Of a stretch of DNA of 39,159 nucleotides, positions 10,045 to 20,884 are shown piece by piece. The DNA comes from an uncultured bacterium. Lineage in GTDB: Bacteria > Lernaellota > Lernaellaia > Lernaellales > Lernaellaceae. The first letter of the stretch is position 1; the number at the start of each line of letters is the position of its first letter. A model generated the notes under the pieces. It did no database searches. It had not been told where the DNA came from and saw only the letters and a list, made by a program, of their open reading frames with translations. The stretch spans positions 1 through 39,159 of the forward strand of contig CAZHPN010000037.1 of the NCBI GenBank assembly GCA_964534375.1. The letters run 5' to 3'. A program made the position numbers and the translations under genes.

Positions 10045-10073
10045 AGTATAACGCGCCGTATTTCAGATCGCAC
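10045..10073 (-). promoter_or_regulatory. Putative promoter of the DUF6978/DUF1828 cassette
   Basis: Minus strand GTGCGA-17 nt-TATACT, located between the guaA stop and the cassette start. Confidence 0.4.
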
Positions 10074-10087
10074 TCGTCGTCTACTGG

Positions 10088-11644
10088 CTATTCCCACTCG
10101 ATCGTGCTCGGCGGCTTCGACGAAATGTCGTAGACGACGCGATTGATGCCCTTCACTTCGTTGATGATGCGGTTGCTGATCCGGCCCAGCGTGTCGTAAG
10201 GGATGTGCACCCAGTCGGCGGTCATGCCGTCGACGCTGTGCACCGCGCGCAGGGCGCAGGTGTTTTCGTAGGTGCGTTCGTCGCCCATCACGCCGACGCT
10301 CTTGACCGGCAGCAACACCGCGAGCGCCTGCCAGATTTGGTCGTACTGGTTCGTTTCCTTGAGTTCGTGAATGAAGATCGCGTCGGCGTCTTGCAAGATG
10401 CGCACGCGCGCCGGCGTCACTTCGCCGATGATCCGCACGGCCAGGCCCGGGCCGGGGAAGGGGTGGCGGCCCACAATATCCGCCGGGAGGCCGAGTTCGC
10501 GGCCGACCTGCCGCACCTCGTCTTTGAACAGTTCGCGCAACGGCTCGACGAGTTCGAGGTGCATTTTTTCGGGCAGCCCGCCGACGTTGTGGTGACTTTT
10601 GATCGTGGCCGACGGCCCGCGGTAGGAGACCGATTCGATGACGTCCGGGTAGAGCGTGCCCTGCGCCAGGAACTTCACGCCTTGGATCTTGCGCGCTTCT
10701 TCCTCGAAAACGTAAATGAACTCGGCGCCGATGATCTTGCGCTTTCGCTCCGGGTCGGTCACCCCGGCCAGCTTGTCGAAGAAACGTTTTTCGGCGTCGA
10801 CGTACACCAGGTTCATGCCGAAATGCCGCGCGAACACGTGCTGCACCTGCTGCGCCTCGCCTTTGCGCAGCACGCCGTTGTTCACGAAAATGCAGGTCAA
10901 CTGCTCGCCGACCGCCCGGTGCAGCAGCGCCGCCACGACGGCCGAGTCGACGCCGCCGGACAAACCGAGAATGACGCGCTCGCCGTGCAGCCGCGCCCGC
11001 AACTGCTCGACCGAGGTTTGCACGAAGTTCGCCATCGTCCAGAGCGGTTTGGCGTCGCAGGCGTCGTACACGAAATTGGCCAGAATCTCCTTGCCGCGCG
11101 GCGTGTGGTGCACCTCGGGGTGGAACTGCACGCCGAACCAGCGCCGCCGGCGGTCGGCGATCGCCGCGAAAGGCGAGTTGTCGGACGAAGCGATGGCGAC
11201 GAAGCCCGGCGGCAGTTCGTCGACGCGGTCGCCGTGGCTCATCCAGACGTCGACGGCGCCGCCCGCGTCGAAACCGGCGAACAGGTCGCCGTCGTCGTCG
11301 ACGATCAGTTTGGTCCGGCCGTATTCGCGTTCCGCCGCGTGCGCGACCTTGCCGCCGAACAGGTGGGCCATGAGTTGCACGCCGTAGCAGATGCCGAGCA
11401 CCGGCACGCCCAGTTCGAAGACGAGCGGATCGCAGCGCGGCGCGTCGGCGGCGTAGACGCTGGCCGGGCCGCCGGAGAGGATGACGCCCTTGGGCGCGAA
11501 TTTCCGGATGGCGTCGGCGGTCATCGTGCACGGATGGATTTCGCAATAGACGTTCAGTTCGCGCACGCGCCGCGCGATGAGCATCGTCACCTGCGAGCCG
11601 AAATCGAGAATCAGGATTTTTTCGGAATAAAGGTCCGTCGTCAT
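10088..11644 (-). CDS. guaA: GMP synthase (glutamine-hydrolysing)
   Basis: [55 protein letters not shown]-terminal KPPSTIEWE. Confidence 0.98.
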   Translation of the reverse strand: MTTDLYSEKILILDFGSQVTMLIARRVRELNVYCEIHPCTMTADAIRKFAPKGVILSGGPASVYAADAPRCDPLVFELGVPVLGICYGVQLMAHLFGGKVAHAAEREYGRTKLIVDDDGDLFAGFDAGGAVDVWMSHGDRVDELPPGFVAIASSDNSPFAAIADRRRRWFGVQFHPEVHHTPRGKEILANFVYDACDAKPLWTMANFVQTSVEQLRARLHGERVILGLSGGVDSAVVAALLHRAVGEQLTCIFVNNGVLRKGEAQQVQHVFARHFGMNLVYVDAEKRFFDKLAGVTDPERKRKIIGAEFIYVFEEEARKIQGVKFLAQGTLYPDVIESVSYRGPSATIKSHHNVGGLPEKMHLELVEPLRELFKDEVRQVGRELGLPADIVGRHPFPGPGLAVRIIGEVTPARVRILQDADAIFIHELKETNQYDQIWQALAVLLPVKSVGVMGDERTYENTCALRAVHSVDGMTADWVHIPYDTLGRISNRIINEVKGINRVVYDISSKPPSTIEWE

Positions 11645-11683
11645 GGTCGGTGGCCGTCCTTGTCGCTTTCGGCGAGGGGAAGG

Positions 11684-11730
11684 CCCTCACCCGCCTCGCC
11701 GCGCTCGGCGACCTCTCCGTGGGGGAGAGG
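11684..11730. repeat. CCCTCACCC...CCTCTCC...GGAGAGG REP-like palindromic element
   Basis: ccctcacccgcc-tcgccgcgctcggcga-cctctccgtgggggagagg forms two short hairpins in the guaB-guaA spacer. Confidence 0.6.
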
Positions 11731-11731
11731 T

Positions 11732-13610
<1,879 letters not shown>

Positions 13611-13682
13611 CGCGTCCTCCCCAGGTTGGGACTATGTTTCGGAGGTGTGCGCCGTTTTGCCGGTGCTTTTTGCCGCGCGCGC

Positions 13683-13711
13683 ATTGTAAGACGCCGGCCT
13701 CACGGGGTCAA
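13683..13711 (-). promoter_or_regulatory. Sigma70-type promoter for the DUF4845-guaB-guaA genes
   Basis: Minus strand TTGACC-17 nt-TACAAT, close to consensus. Confidence 0.65.
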
Positions 13712-14641
13712 CCAGCGGCCTTCCGTCGGCGGCCATTCCGGGCACAGCGCCAGACCTTGCAGCAAGCCGCCCTCGGTCACCAGCAAGCGTTCGGCGCCCA
13801 GCCGCTGCAACGCCTCGCGGCAGATGATCGCCCCGGCCGGCATCAGGTCTTCGCGGCCCTTTTCCAGACCCGGGAGGCTGAGGCGGTCGGCCGCCGGCAT
13901 CGAAACGAGCAACGCGAGCAGCTCCTCGATGCGCGGGGCGGTCAGAACGACGCCGCTGAGGCGCGCCGGATCGTAGCGCTCCATTTTCAGGTGGATCGCC
14001 GCCAGGGTCGTGATCGTCCCCGCCGTGCCCACCGGCGGCCCGAACGACGCCACGCCGTCGAGGCGATCGAGCGCGCCCAGCGCCGCCTGAACGTCCGCCG
14101 CACATGCCGCTAGTTGCTCCGGCGTCGGCGGATCGCTCTTCATGTGCCGGTCGGTCAGGCTCACCGAGCCGACCTCGACGCTCACCGCGCCCGCGAAGTC
14201 GCGGCCGCGAATCTTGGCGAACTCCGTCGAAAAACCGCCGATGTCGATCAGCACGAACGGCTTGTCGCCCAAGCCCGCTTCGGACGACGCGCCTTGGGCG
14301 CTCAACTGCGCCTCGAATTCGCCGGCGATCACCACCGGATCCAGCCCGGCGTCGTCGGCCAGCGCTTGGAGAAATTCGCCGGCGTTCGTCGCGCGGCGGG
14401 TTACGCCGGTGCAGGCCGCGCGAATCTCGACCGCGCCGTACGACCGCGCCTCGCGCGCCAGGTCGCGGGCCGCGGCGGCCGTTCGGGCGAGCGAAACCGG
14501 ATGCAGGCGGCCGCCGGCGAAGTCGTCGGCCAGCCGGGTGATCCGGCGTTTGATTTGATCGGTGCAATATCGGCCTTTTTCGAGGCGGCACATCAAAACC
14601 CGCACCGTGCCGCTGCCGATGTCCATCGTCGCGATTTTCAT
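13700..14641 (-). CDS. ppx: Ppx/GppA family phosphatase (short form)
   Basis: IATMDIGSGTVR, ITRL, TGVTRRATN, IDIGGFSTE, GSVSLT, GTAGTITT, GREDLMPAGA, GLLQGL. Confidence 0.88.
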   Translation of the reverse strand: MKIATMDIGSGTVRVLMCRLEKGRYCTDQIKRRITRLADDFAGGRLHPVSLARTAAAARDLAREARSYGAVEIRAACTGVTRRATNAGEFLQALADDAGLDPVVIAGEFEAQLSAQGASSEAGLGDKPFVLIDIGGFSTEFAKIRGRDFAGAVSVEVGSVSLTDRHMKSDPPTPEQLAACAADVQAALGALDRLDGVASFGPPVGTAGTITTLAAIHLKMERYDPARLSGVVLTAPRIEELLALLVSMPAADRLSLPGLEKGREDLMPAGAIICREALQRLGAERLLVTEGGLLQGLALCPEWPPTEGRWLTP

Positions 14642-14649
14642 GGCGCAGG

Positions 14650-14678
14650 ACTATAGCAAACGGCGGGCAGGGCGGCAA
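14650..14678 (-). promoter_or_regulatory. Promoter for ppx, probably leaderless
   Basis: Minus strand TTGCCG-17 nt-(TGC)TATAGT, then 8 nt to the ATG. No SD. Confidence 0.55.
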
Positions 14679-14831
14679 TCCGGCTTTTGTCTGGCAATTC
14701 GGCGCTGCCCGCTACCGGTGGAATAATGGGTTCGACCGAAACACAACATGTGGTGAATAGTTGTGTTTTCAGCTTCGGGGACCGATGGCTGCCCGACCTG
14801 GATCGGCGCGTGGCGCACGTGAGCGACGACC

Positions 14832-15041
14832 GTGCCGCACAATTCTCAACCGATCGTGTTTCTCCGGCGGCGGCAAGTAGAAGCCCGCGACCTGTGGACG
14901 GAGGCGGCCGGCGCGGTGCTGCTGGGATTGGTTCCTTCAGCGCTCGAACAACTCGACTCGCTGCCGGATTTCTACGCCGGATTTTTCCGGCACACCGAGT
15001 GGAAGGCCAAGCAAAAGGCGCCGGCAATGGCCGGAGTTTAG
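14832..15041 (+). CDS. Small hypothetical protein
   Basis: 69-codon ORF with protein-like composition that fills the gap between ppx and the convergent 15075-15647 gene. No clear SD, no recognisable motif. Confidence 0.3.
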   Translation: MPHNSQPIVFLRRRQVEARDLWTEAAGAVLLGLVPSALEQLDSLPDFYAGFFRHTEWKAKQKAPAMAGV

Positions 15042-15074
15042 CGGCTGAACACCGCACATTCCGGGACGAGCCCG

Positions 15075-15647
15075 TCAGGGCCGCCGGTAGCCGCTGCCGT
15101 TGCGCGGGCCGACGCTGGCGGCGCGGCGGGCGCCGGCAGGCCGCCCGTTATTGTAATAATTGTAATAACGGTGATGATACGGTGGGTAATAGTAGTAGCC
15201 CGGCACGACCCACACGTCGGGATAGCCGCCGGCGTAGTAACCGTTTCCGTTGTCGCCGCCCTGGTCGACGATGACGTTATTGTAAGAAGATTGGCCCTGC
15301 TGGTCGGGCGGCATGTTGAGCACGTAGGTGTAATTGTCGCGCGCGGCCGGCGCCGGCGCCGCGTCGTCGGCCCGCTTTTCGGCGGTCTGCGCCGCGTCGA
15401 CCAAGTCTTTGTTTTGTTCCTGAACCGCCTGCAACGCGGCGGAATTCCTCTTCATTTGATCTTGGAGCTGAAGGATGGTCTTTTGCTGTTCGATGATCTG
15501 CTGCTGCACCGCTTCCGCCTGGCCGGCGGCGACCGGTTCGCTCGCGGCCGGCGCGGACCTGGCGTTGCAACCGACGGGCAGGCACCCGGCGATAATCGCC
15601 AACGCCAGCGCCATAACAACCAGGATGATCGACTTCATGCGTCTCAT
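15075..15647 (-). CDS. Hypothetical lipoprotein with coiled coil and Tyr/Pro/Gly-rich tail
   Basis: AGGAG SD, signal peptide with lipobox IAGC, Gln-rich heptads, YYYYPPYHHRYYNYY tail. Confidence 0.7.
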   Translation of the reverse strand: MRRMKSIILVVMALALAIIAGCLPVGCNARSAPAASEPVAAGQAEAVQQQIIEQQKTILQLQDQMKRNSAALQAVQEQNKDLVDAAQTAEKRADDAAPAPAARDNYTYVLNMPPDQQGQSSYNNVIVDQGGDNGNGYYAGGYPDVWVVPGYYYYPPYHHRYYNYYNNGRPAGARRAASVGPRNGSGYRRP

Positions 15648-15905
15648 CTCCTGACCGGCGAGCTGTCGTCAACGTCGGCCGCAGCCGAATCGCCTTCCTC
15701 GCCGCTATTTTCGACACGTCTATTGCCGCATGAGTTCAAGCAATATGCAATCGAAATCGCTCGGGTCGACGGCTAAATCTGGACCCCGTGACGTACGGCG
15801 GCGATTTTTTTGCCCGGATTCTTAACTTTTCGCGATTTTCGCCGCTCTAATTTTCGAACATTCCAATGGCCACCCTGTTGCTGGCCGAAGTAAGGAGCAC
15901 TAGTT

Positions 15906-16394
15906 ATGAAAATTTCTTGGGCAAAACTTGCGCTAGCGGCGCTGTTCGCGGCCGCTTTTCTGGTTCCCGTGGCCGTTTGGGCCGGCTCGGGCGACGGCAC
16001 GTGTCCCGCGCACGGCAAAAACATGGACCAGCGCATCGCCGCGGAGGCGGACCGCATCGCGGAGAAACTCAGCCTGACGCCGGATCAGCGGACGCTGTTC
16101 GTGGACATGCGAACCGCCCAGTTCGGCCTGCGCAAAATGATGCACGCCGCGCGGAAAGTGGCGACGGACCCGGCGACCGCGAATGCGAAGACCGACGCGG
16201 CCACGACGGCGCAGCCGGACATCGCCGCGGCCCGCACGGCCGTGATGAAAGCGAAGGAGGCGTTTGTCGCCTCGCTGAACGCGACGCAGAAGCAGCAATG
16301 GGAGGCGATGCGCGCCAAGTTTCAAGAAAAGATGAAAGACCATTTCGATCGCCAGCAGACCGACCCGGAGCCTTCGGCGCAACAACCAGAATGA
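15906..16394 (+). CDS. Periplasmic Spy/CpxP-like helical protein
   Basis: TAAGGAG SD, signal peptide (VWA), motifs KLSLTPDQR and SLNATQKQQW (LTxxQ repeats). Confidence 0.7.
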   Translation: MKISWAKLALAALFAAAFLVPVAVWAGSGDGTCPAHGKNMDQRIAAEADRIAEKLSLTPDQRTLFVDMRTAQFGLRKMMHAARKVATDPATANAKTDAATTAQPDIAAARTAVMKAKEAFVASLNATQKQQWEAMRAKFQEKMKDHFDRQQTDPEPSAQQPE

Positions 16395-16480
16395 TCGTTT
16401 AGAAATCCGTTCGGCGGCGGCCTGGTCGATCGATTGGGCCGCCGCCGGCCCGTCGCGAACTCGAACAGAGGATTTCGGAA

Positions 16481-16726
16481 GTGAAAAAGTTCTTGATTTC
16501 AGGTTCCGAAATTTCCGCCGCCCGGCGGGCCGGCGTCTCGCGGGATTCGGCCGGCGCGCCGCTTTCCGACGGCCGGCTGGCCGTGCTGCTGTGGGCCGCG
16601 CGGGGCCCGCGCAGCAAATGGACGGCCTCTCGCTTTCTCGAACTTTTCGATGCCGGCAAGGTGCAGGCGCAGCAAATCTCGCCGTTTGGCGATTACGAAA
16701 TCGAGATTCCGGAAATCGAGTTTTGA
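16481..16726 (+). CDS. Small hypothetical protein
   Basis: GTG start with upstream GAGGA/GGAA, 81 aa, acidic C-terminus GDYEIEIPEIEF. No recognised family. Confidence 0.45.
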   Translation: MKKFLISGSEISAARRAGVSRDSAGAPLSDGRLAVLLWAARGPRSKWTASRFLELFDAGKVQAQQISPFGDYEIEIPEIEF

Positions 16727-16746
16727 GTTTTTCCCCGCCACGTGCA

Positions 16747-16776
16747 TTGCCGTAAGCCCTCACGCCCCTGTATACT
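16747..16776 (+). promoter_or_regulatory. Putative promoter for the DUF1566 and phosphoesterase genes
   Basis: TTGCCG-18 nt-TATACT. Confidence 0.45.
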
Positions 16777-16910
16777 CGGCCGCGCCAACTGCGTTTCGCC
16801 CGTCGCGTAGTGCGGAAGAGGGCGGCGCGCAACGATCTGCGTCCACATCACGGGCTGCCCGACTTTCCACGCAACGCGGGAGACGCTCCATTCAAATGAC
16901 GCGGCGTGAA

Positions 16911-17513
16911 ATGACGAAAACGACTATCTGGCTCTTGCCGCTTGTCGCGCTGGCCTTGGCGCTCGGAACCGTCGTGTCCTGCGGGAACCGTCACGCCGGC
17001 GCCGCGGGCGGAGGCGAAGCGAGCGACGACGACGCTTCGCCGGCGGATGACGACACGGCGCAGACCGTGTGGATCGATCCGACCTCCGGTCTGACGTGGC
17101 AGAATGGCGCCACGGTCGGCGCGGAATCCTACGTCTGGCAGGACGCGCAGAATTACTGCGCGGGCCTGAATTGGGACGGCGCCGGCAATTGGCGGCTGCC
17201 CACGATCTCCGAACTGCGCAGCCTCATCCAGGGCTGCCCGACCACGGTGACCGGCGGCTCCTGCGGCGTGACCGACCAATGCCTGCGCGCCGATTGTTGG
17301 AACCCAACGTGCAGTTGCCCCTATGGCGGCGGTCCGGGGCCGGCTTGTTCGTACTGGCCGGCAGAATTATCCGGCTCGGTCGGCGCCTATGCGTACTGGT
17401 CGTCGTCGCCGGTCGCCAACCGCCCGCGCTTCGCCTGGCTCGTCCAGTTCTACTCCGGCTACATTGGCGTCAATGAGGTCGGCTACCCCGCGCTGGCGCG
17501 GTGCGTGCGATAG
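16911..17513 (+). CDS. DUF1566 (Lcl C-terminal, C-type lectin-like fold) lipoprotein
   Basis: Lipobox [14 protein letters not shown] spacer, [41 protein letters not shown]-stop. Alternative ATG at 16896. Confidence 0.85.
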   Translation: MTKTTIWLLPLVALALALGTVVSCGNRHAGAAGGGEASDDDASPADDDTAQTVWIDPTSGLTWQNGATVGAESYVWQDAQNYCAGLNWDGAGNWRLPTISELRSLIQGCPTTVTGGSCGVTDQCLRADCWNPTCSCPYGGGPGPACSYWPAELSGSVGAYAYWSSSPVANRPRFAWLVQFYSGYIGVNEVGYPALARCVR

Positions 17514-17521
17514 AGGTCGTC

Positions 17522-18937
17522 GTGAAAAAACAACGTTGGTTGTCCGTCGCCCAGGCTTGGTCGATCGCCGTCGTTTTCGCCGCCGCCGCGGCGCTGTATC
17601 TCGCCTGCGAGAGCGCCAAACCGGCCGCCGGTCCGCCCGCGCTGACGACCGCCCGCGCGCGCCTCAAACACGTGATCGTCATCATGCAGGAAAACCGGTC
17701 GTTCGACCACTATTTCGGCACGTTTCCCGGCGCCGACGGCATTCCGCGCGACGCCGCGGGCAATCCGACCGTCTGCATTCCCGACCCCGCCTCGGGCGGC
17801 TGCGTCAAGCCGTTTCACGACGTCAACGACGTCAACGCCGGCGGCCCGCACATCCATTCCGCGGCGGTGGCGGACCTCGACGGCGGCAAGATGGACGGCT
17901 TTTTGGCGCAGCAACAATCGGGCAACGTCGGCGCCGGCTCGTGCGCCGTTCCCGACAATCCGGGGTGCGCCGGCGTGCAGGCGGGCGTGGACCGCAAGGA
18001 CGCGGTCGGTTATCACACCGACGCGGAAATCCCCAATTATTGGACCTACGCGAAGAATTTCGTCTTGCAGGACCGGATGTTTCAGTCGAGCACGTCGTGG
18101 AGTTTGCCGGCGCACCTGTTCATGGTGTCGGAGTGGTCGGCGCAGTGCACGGCGCACGAGCCGATGAGTTGCGTCAGCAATCTCGATTTGCTTTCGTGGC
18201 AGGAAGCCCAGTTCGATTTCCCGTGGACCGACCTGACCTACCTGCTGCACAACGCCGGCGTGTCGTGGAAGTACTACCTGACCGAAGGCGACGAACCGGA
18301 TTGCAGTCCGGGCGCCGAGGACTGCGCGCCGGCGCCGTTGCGGGTCGCCGCGCCCTCGATTTGGAACCCGCTTCCGGCGTTCGACGATGTCGGCGAGGAC
18401 AACGAATTGGGCAATATCCAGAAAATCGACCAATTCCTCGTCGATGCGAAAAACGGGACGCTGCCGGCGGTGAGCTGGATCGTGCCCGACGACGTGGTCA
18501 GCGAGCATCCGCCGAATGCGGTCAGCGCCGGCCACGCCTACGTCACCGGCCTGATCAACGCCGTCATGCAGAGCCCGCAGTGGAACGAAACCGCCATTTT
18601 TCTGGCATGGGACGACTGGGGCGGCTTTTACGATCACGTGCCGCCGCCGGCCGTCGACGCCAACGGCTACGGTTTGCGCGTGCCCGGCCTCGTCATCAGC
18701 CCGTATGCGAAGCGCGGCTTCATCGACCATCAGACGCTCAGCCTCGACGTCTATGGGAAGTTCATCGAGGATCTGTTCCTCGGCGGGCAACGCCTCGATC
18801 CGAAAACCGACGGTCGCCCGGACTCGCGGCCGGATGTGCGCGAGAATATCTCCGTTCTCGGCGATCTGCTCGACGATTTCGATTTCAGCCAGGCGCCGCG
18901 CCCGCCGCTGGTGTTGCCGCAGGAGAAGGAAAGTTGA
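17522..18937 (+). CDS. Phosphoesterase / phospholipase C family lipoprotein
   Basis: [70 protein letters not shown] 17522 has a GAGGT SD. Confidence 0.9.
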   Translation: MKKQRWLSVAQAWSIAVVFAAAAALYLACESAKPAAGPPALTTARARLKHVIVIMQENRSFDHYFGTFPGADGIPRDAAGNPTVCIPDPASGGCVKPFHDVNDVNAGGPHIHSAAVADLDGGKMDGFLAQQQSGNVGAGSCAVPDNPGCAGVQAGVDRKDAVGYHTDAEIPNYWTYAKNFVLQDRMFQSSTSWSLPAHLFMVSEWSAQCTAHEPMSCVSNLDLLSWQEAQFDFPWTDLTYLLHNAGVSWKYYLTEGDEPDCSPGAEDCAPAPLRVAAPSIWNPLPAFDDVGEDNELGNIQKIDQFLVDAKNGTLPAVSWIVPDDVVSEHPPNAVSAGHAYVTGLINAVMQSPQWNETAIFLAWDDWGGFYDHVPPPAVDANGYGLRVPGLVISPYAKRGFIDHQTLSLDVYGKFIEDLFLGGQRLDPKTDGRPDSRPDVRENISVLGDLLDDFDFSQAPRPPLVLPQEKES

Positions 18938-19192
18938 CATGATGACGGCAAATCGCCGGCGCGTGCTTCGCCCATTCGAGACCTCACGATGGGCATCGCC
19001 GCGGTCGGTTGCCTGACCGATTCCATGCGCGGGGCCGGCTCGCCGCAGGCGCAACGCGTGATAGTTTCCCGCCAAGTCGATCTCGAGGCAAAGAAGAAAC
19101 TGGCCGATCGTTTGTGCGGACTCGCGCCGATTGTTGGCTAAACGGGCGTTTCGCCGTCGCGAGTCGTCTCAATAATCGGCCTCAATTAACCG

Positions 19193-19221
19193 TTGACATT
19201 CAGTGTCGAAAAGCGTATGTT
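19193..19221 (+). promoter_or_regulatory. Sigma70-type promoter of the DEAD-box helicase
   Basis: TTGACA-17 nt-TATGTT about 145 nt upstream of ATG 19367. Confidence 0.6.
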
Positions 19222-19366
19222 CGGCCGCGATGTAAGCGATTCTTCCGAGAATCCGCGTGAAGGTTCACGCTCCCGGGCCTTGGAAAAGCTCCCGGATTTT
19301 GTTCGAAGAGGTTCCGTTTGCCGTTCGCCTTGGACGTATCAAGGGTAGGATTAGAAGAATAATAGC

Positions 19367-20602
19367 ATGCAATTTGAAGAACTTAAGTTGATCGCACCAC
19401 TGCTGAAGGCCATTCGGGAACAGGGCTATGACACGCCGACTCCGATTCAGGAGATGGCGATCCCGGATGTCCTCGCCGGCCGCGACCTGCTGGGCTGCGC
19501 CCAGACCGGCGCCGGCAAGACCGCTGCGTTTGCCCTGCCGATTCTCCAGCGGCTGCTCGCGGCCGGGATCCCCTTCGGCAAACGCCGCATCCGGGCGCTG
19601 ATTTTGGCGCCGACGCGCGAACTCGCGGCGCAAATCGATGAATGTTTCGGCGCGTACGGCGCCCACACGGGCCTGCGGCACACCGTCATTTTCGGCGGCG
19701 TCCGGCAGGGTCCGCAGACGCGCGCGTTGGAACGGGGCGTCGATATTCTTGTCGCCACACCCGGCCGCTTGCTCGACCTGACGCACCAAGGGTTTGTGGA
19801 CCTGCGCTTTGTCGAGACGCTCGTGCTCGACGAGGGCGACCGGATGCTCGACATGGGCTTCATCGGCGACATCCGGCGCATCGTCGCCAAAACGCCTTCG
19901 AAGCGCCAGACGCTGCTGTTCTCGGCGACGCTGCACTCCAATGTCCGCGACCTCCTCGCCGGCTTGCTCGACAACCCGGTGGAAGTTTGCGCCACGCCGG
20001 CGGCGACGCCGGTCGAAAGCATCCGCCAAGCGGTCTATTTTGTGGAAAAGTCGAACAAAATTCCGCTGCTCGTCCATTTGCTGACGCAGCAGGATTTGCG
20101 GCGCGTGCTGGTCTTCACGCGGACGAAGCACGGCGCGGACGCTGTCGTCCGCAATCTGGCCCGCGCCTCGGTGTCGGCCGACGCGATTCACGGCAACAAG
20201 TCGCAGGGCCAGCGCGAGGCCGTTTTGGAAAATTTCAAACGCGGCAAGTCGCGCGTGCTGGTGGCGACGGACATCGCGTCGCGCGGGTTGGACATCGACC
20301 ACGTCACACACGTCGTCAACTTCGACATGCCGCATGAGCCCGAAGCCTACGTGCACCGCATCGGCCGCACCGGACGAGCCGGCCTCTCGGGCATCGCGCT
20401 CTCGTTTTGCGCCATCGACGAGCGGGCCGACCTGTCGGCGATCGAGAAGCTGATCCGGACGCGCGTGCCCGTCGAAGACGAGCACCCGTTCCGGTCGTCC
20501 GTGCCGGTCGTCATCGCGCCCCGCAAGGTTTTCTCGAGCGCGAAACACGGCTCCGGCCGCCGCATGCCCAGCCGGTCTTCGCGCCGCGTCGCGTCGCGGT
20601 AG
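19367..20602 (+). CDS. rhlE: DEAD-box RNA helicase, RhlE-like
   Basis: Q motif [34 protein letters not shown] (motif II variant), [22 protein letters not shown]. Confidence 0.9.
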   Translation: MQFEELKLIAPLLKAIREQGYDTPTPIQEMAIPDVLAGRDLLGCAQTGAGKTAAFALPILQRLLAAGIPFGKRRIRALILAPTRELAAQIDECFGAYGAHTGLRHTVIFGGVRQGPQTRALERGVDILVATPGRLLDLTHQGFVDLRFVETLVLDEGDRMLDMGFIGDIRRIVAKTPSKRQTLLFSATLHSNVRDLLAGLLDNPVEVCATPAATPVESIRQAVYFVEKSNKIPLLVHLLTQQDLRRVLVFTRTKHGADAVVRNLARASVSADAIHGNKSQGQREAVLENFKRGKSRVLVATDIASRGLDIDHVTHVVNFDMPHEPEAYVHRIGRTGRAGLSGIALSFCAIDERADLSAIEKLIRTRVPVEDEHPFRSSVPVVIAPRKVFSSAKHGSGRRMPSRSSRRVASR

Positions 20603-20608
20603 CTGGTG

Positions 20609-20689
20609 TCACCACAGAGACACAGAGACCACGGAGAATGAATTAGCAATAATCTCTAATCTCTGTGCGCTCTGTGGCTCTGTCGTTCA
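20609..20689. repeat. Imperfect palindrome built from CACAGAG/CTCTGTG units
   Basis: accacagagacacagagaccacggaga ... tctctgtgcgctctgtggctctgtcgt. A related copy lies at 25952-26061. Confidence 0.75.
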
Positions 20690-20719
20690 ATCCGCAATCC
20701 GCAATCCGCAATCCGCAAT
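20688..20719. repeat. 7-mer tandem repeat (CAATCCG)x4
   Basis: Four perfect copies plus a partial CAAT. Confidence 0.9.
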
Positions 20720-20884
20720 TTGCTTTGGCCGAAGGCCGCGTCGCGCTCTCTGCGTTTAAAATTCTCTTGATTTGCCGGCTGCGCCGATGTTAATCTAAAC
20801 GCGAATCAAACGATCATTCGAGCGCGACTGGCGGGCGATCTGCCGTCAGCGGTCGGCGCGGGCGGCGACGCCAAGGAGTGCCCC

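Noticed and set aside
8683..10087. Integrative element with att sites at the guaA 3' end
   Set aside because: No integrase, and I could not find a duplicated guaA 3' sequence at the dnaE side.
19820..19845. DEGD instead of DEAD as a sign of helicase inactivation
   Set aside because: The third position of motif II is variable and all other motifs are intact.
20609..20719. Repeat cluster as a CRISPR array
   Set aside because: No constant 23-47 nt repeats with unique spacers, and no cas genes.
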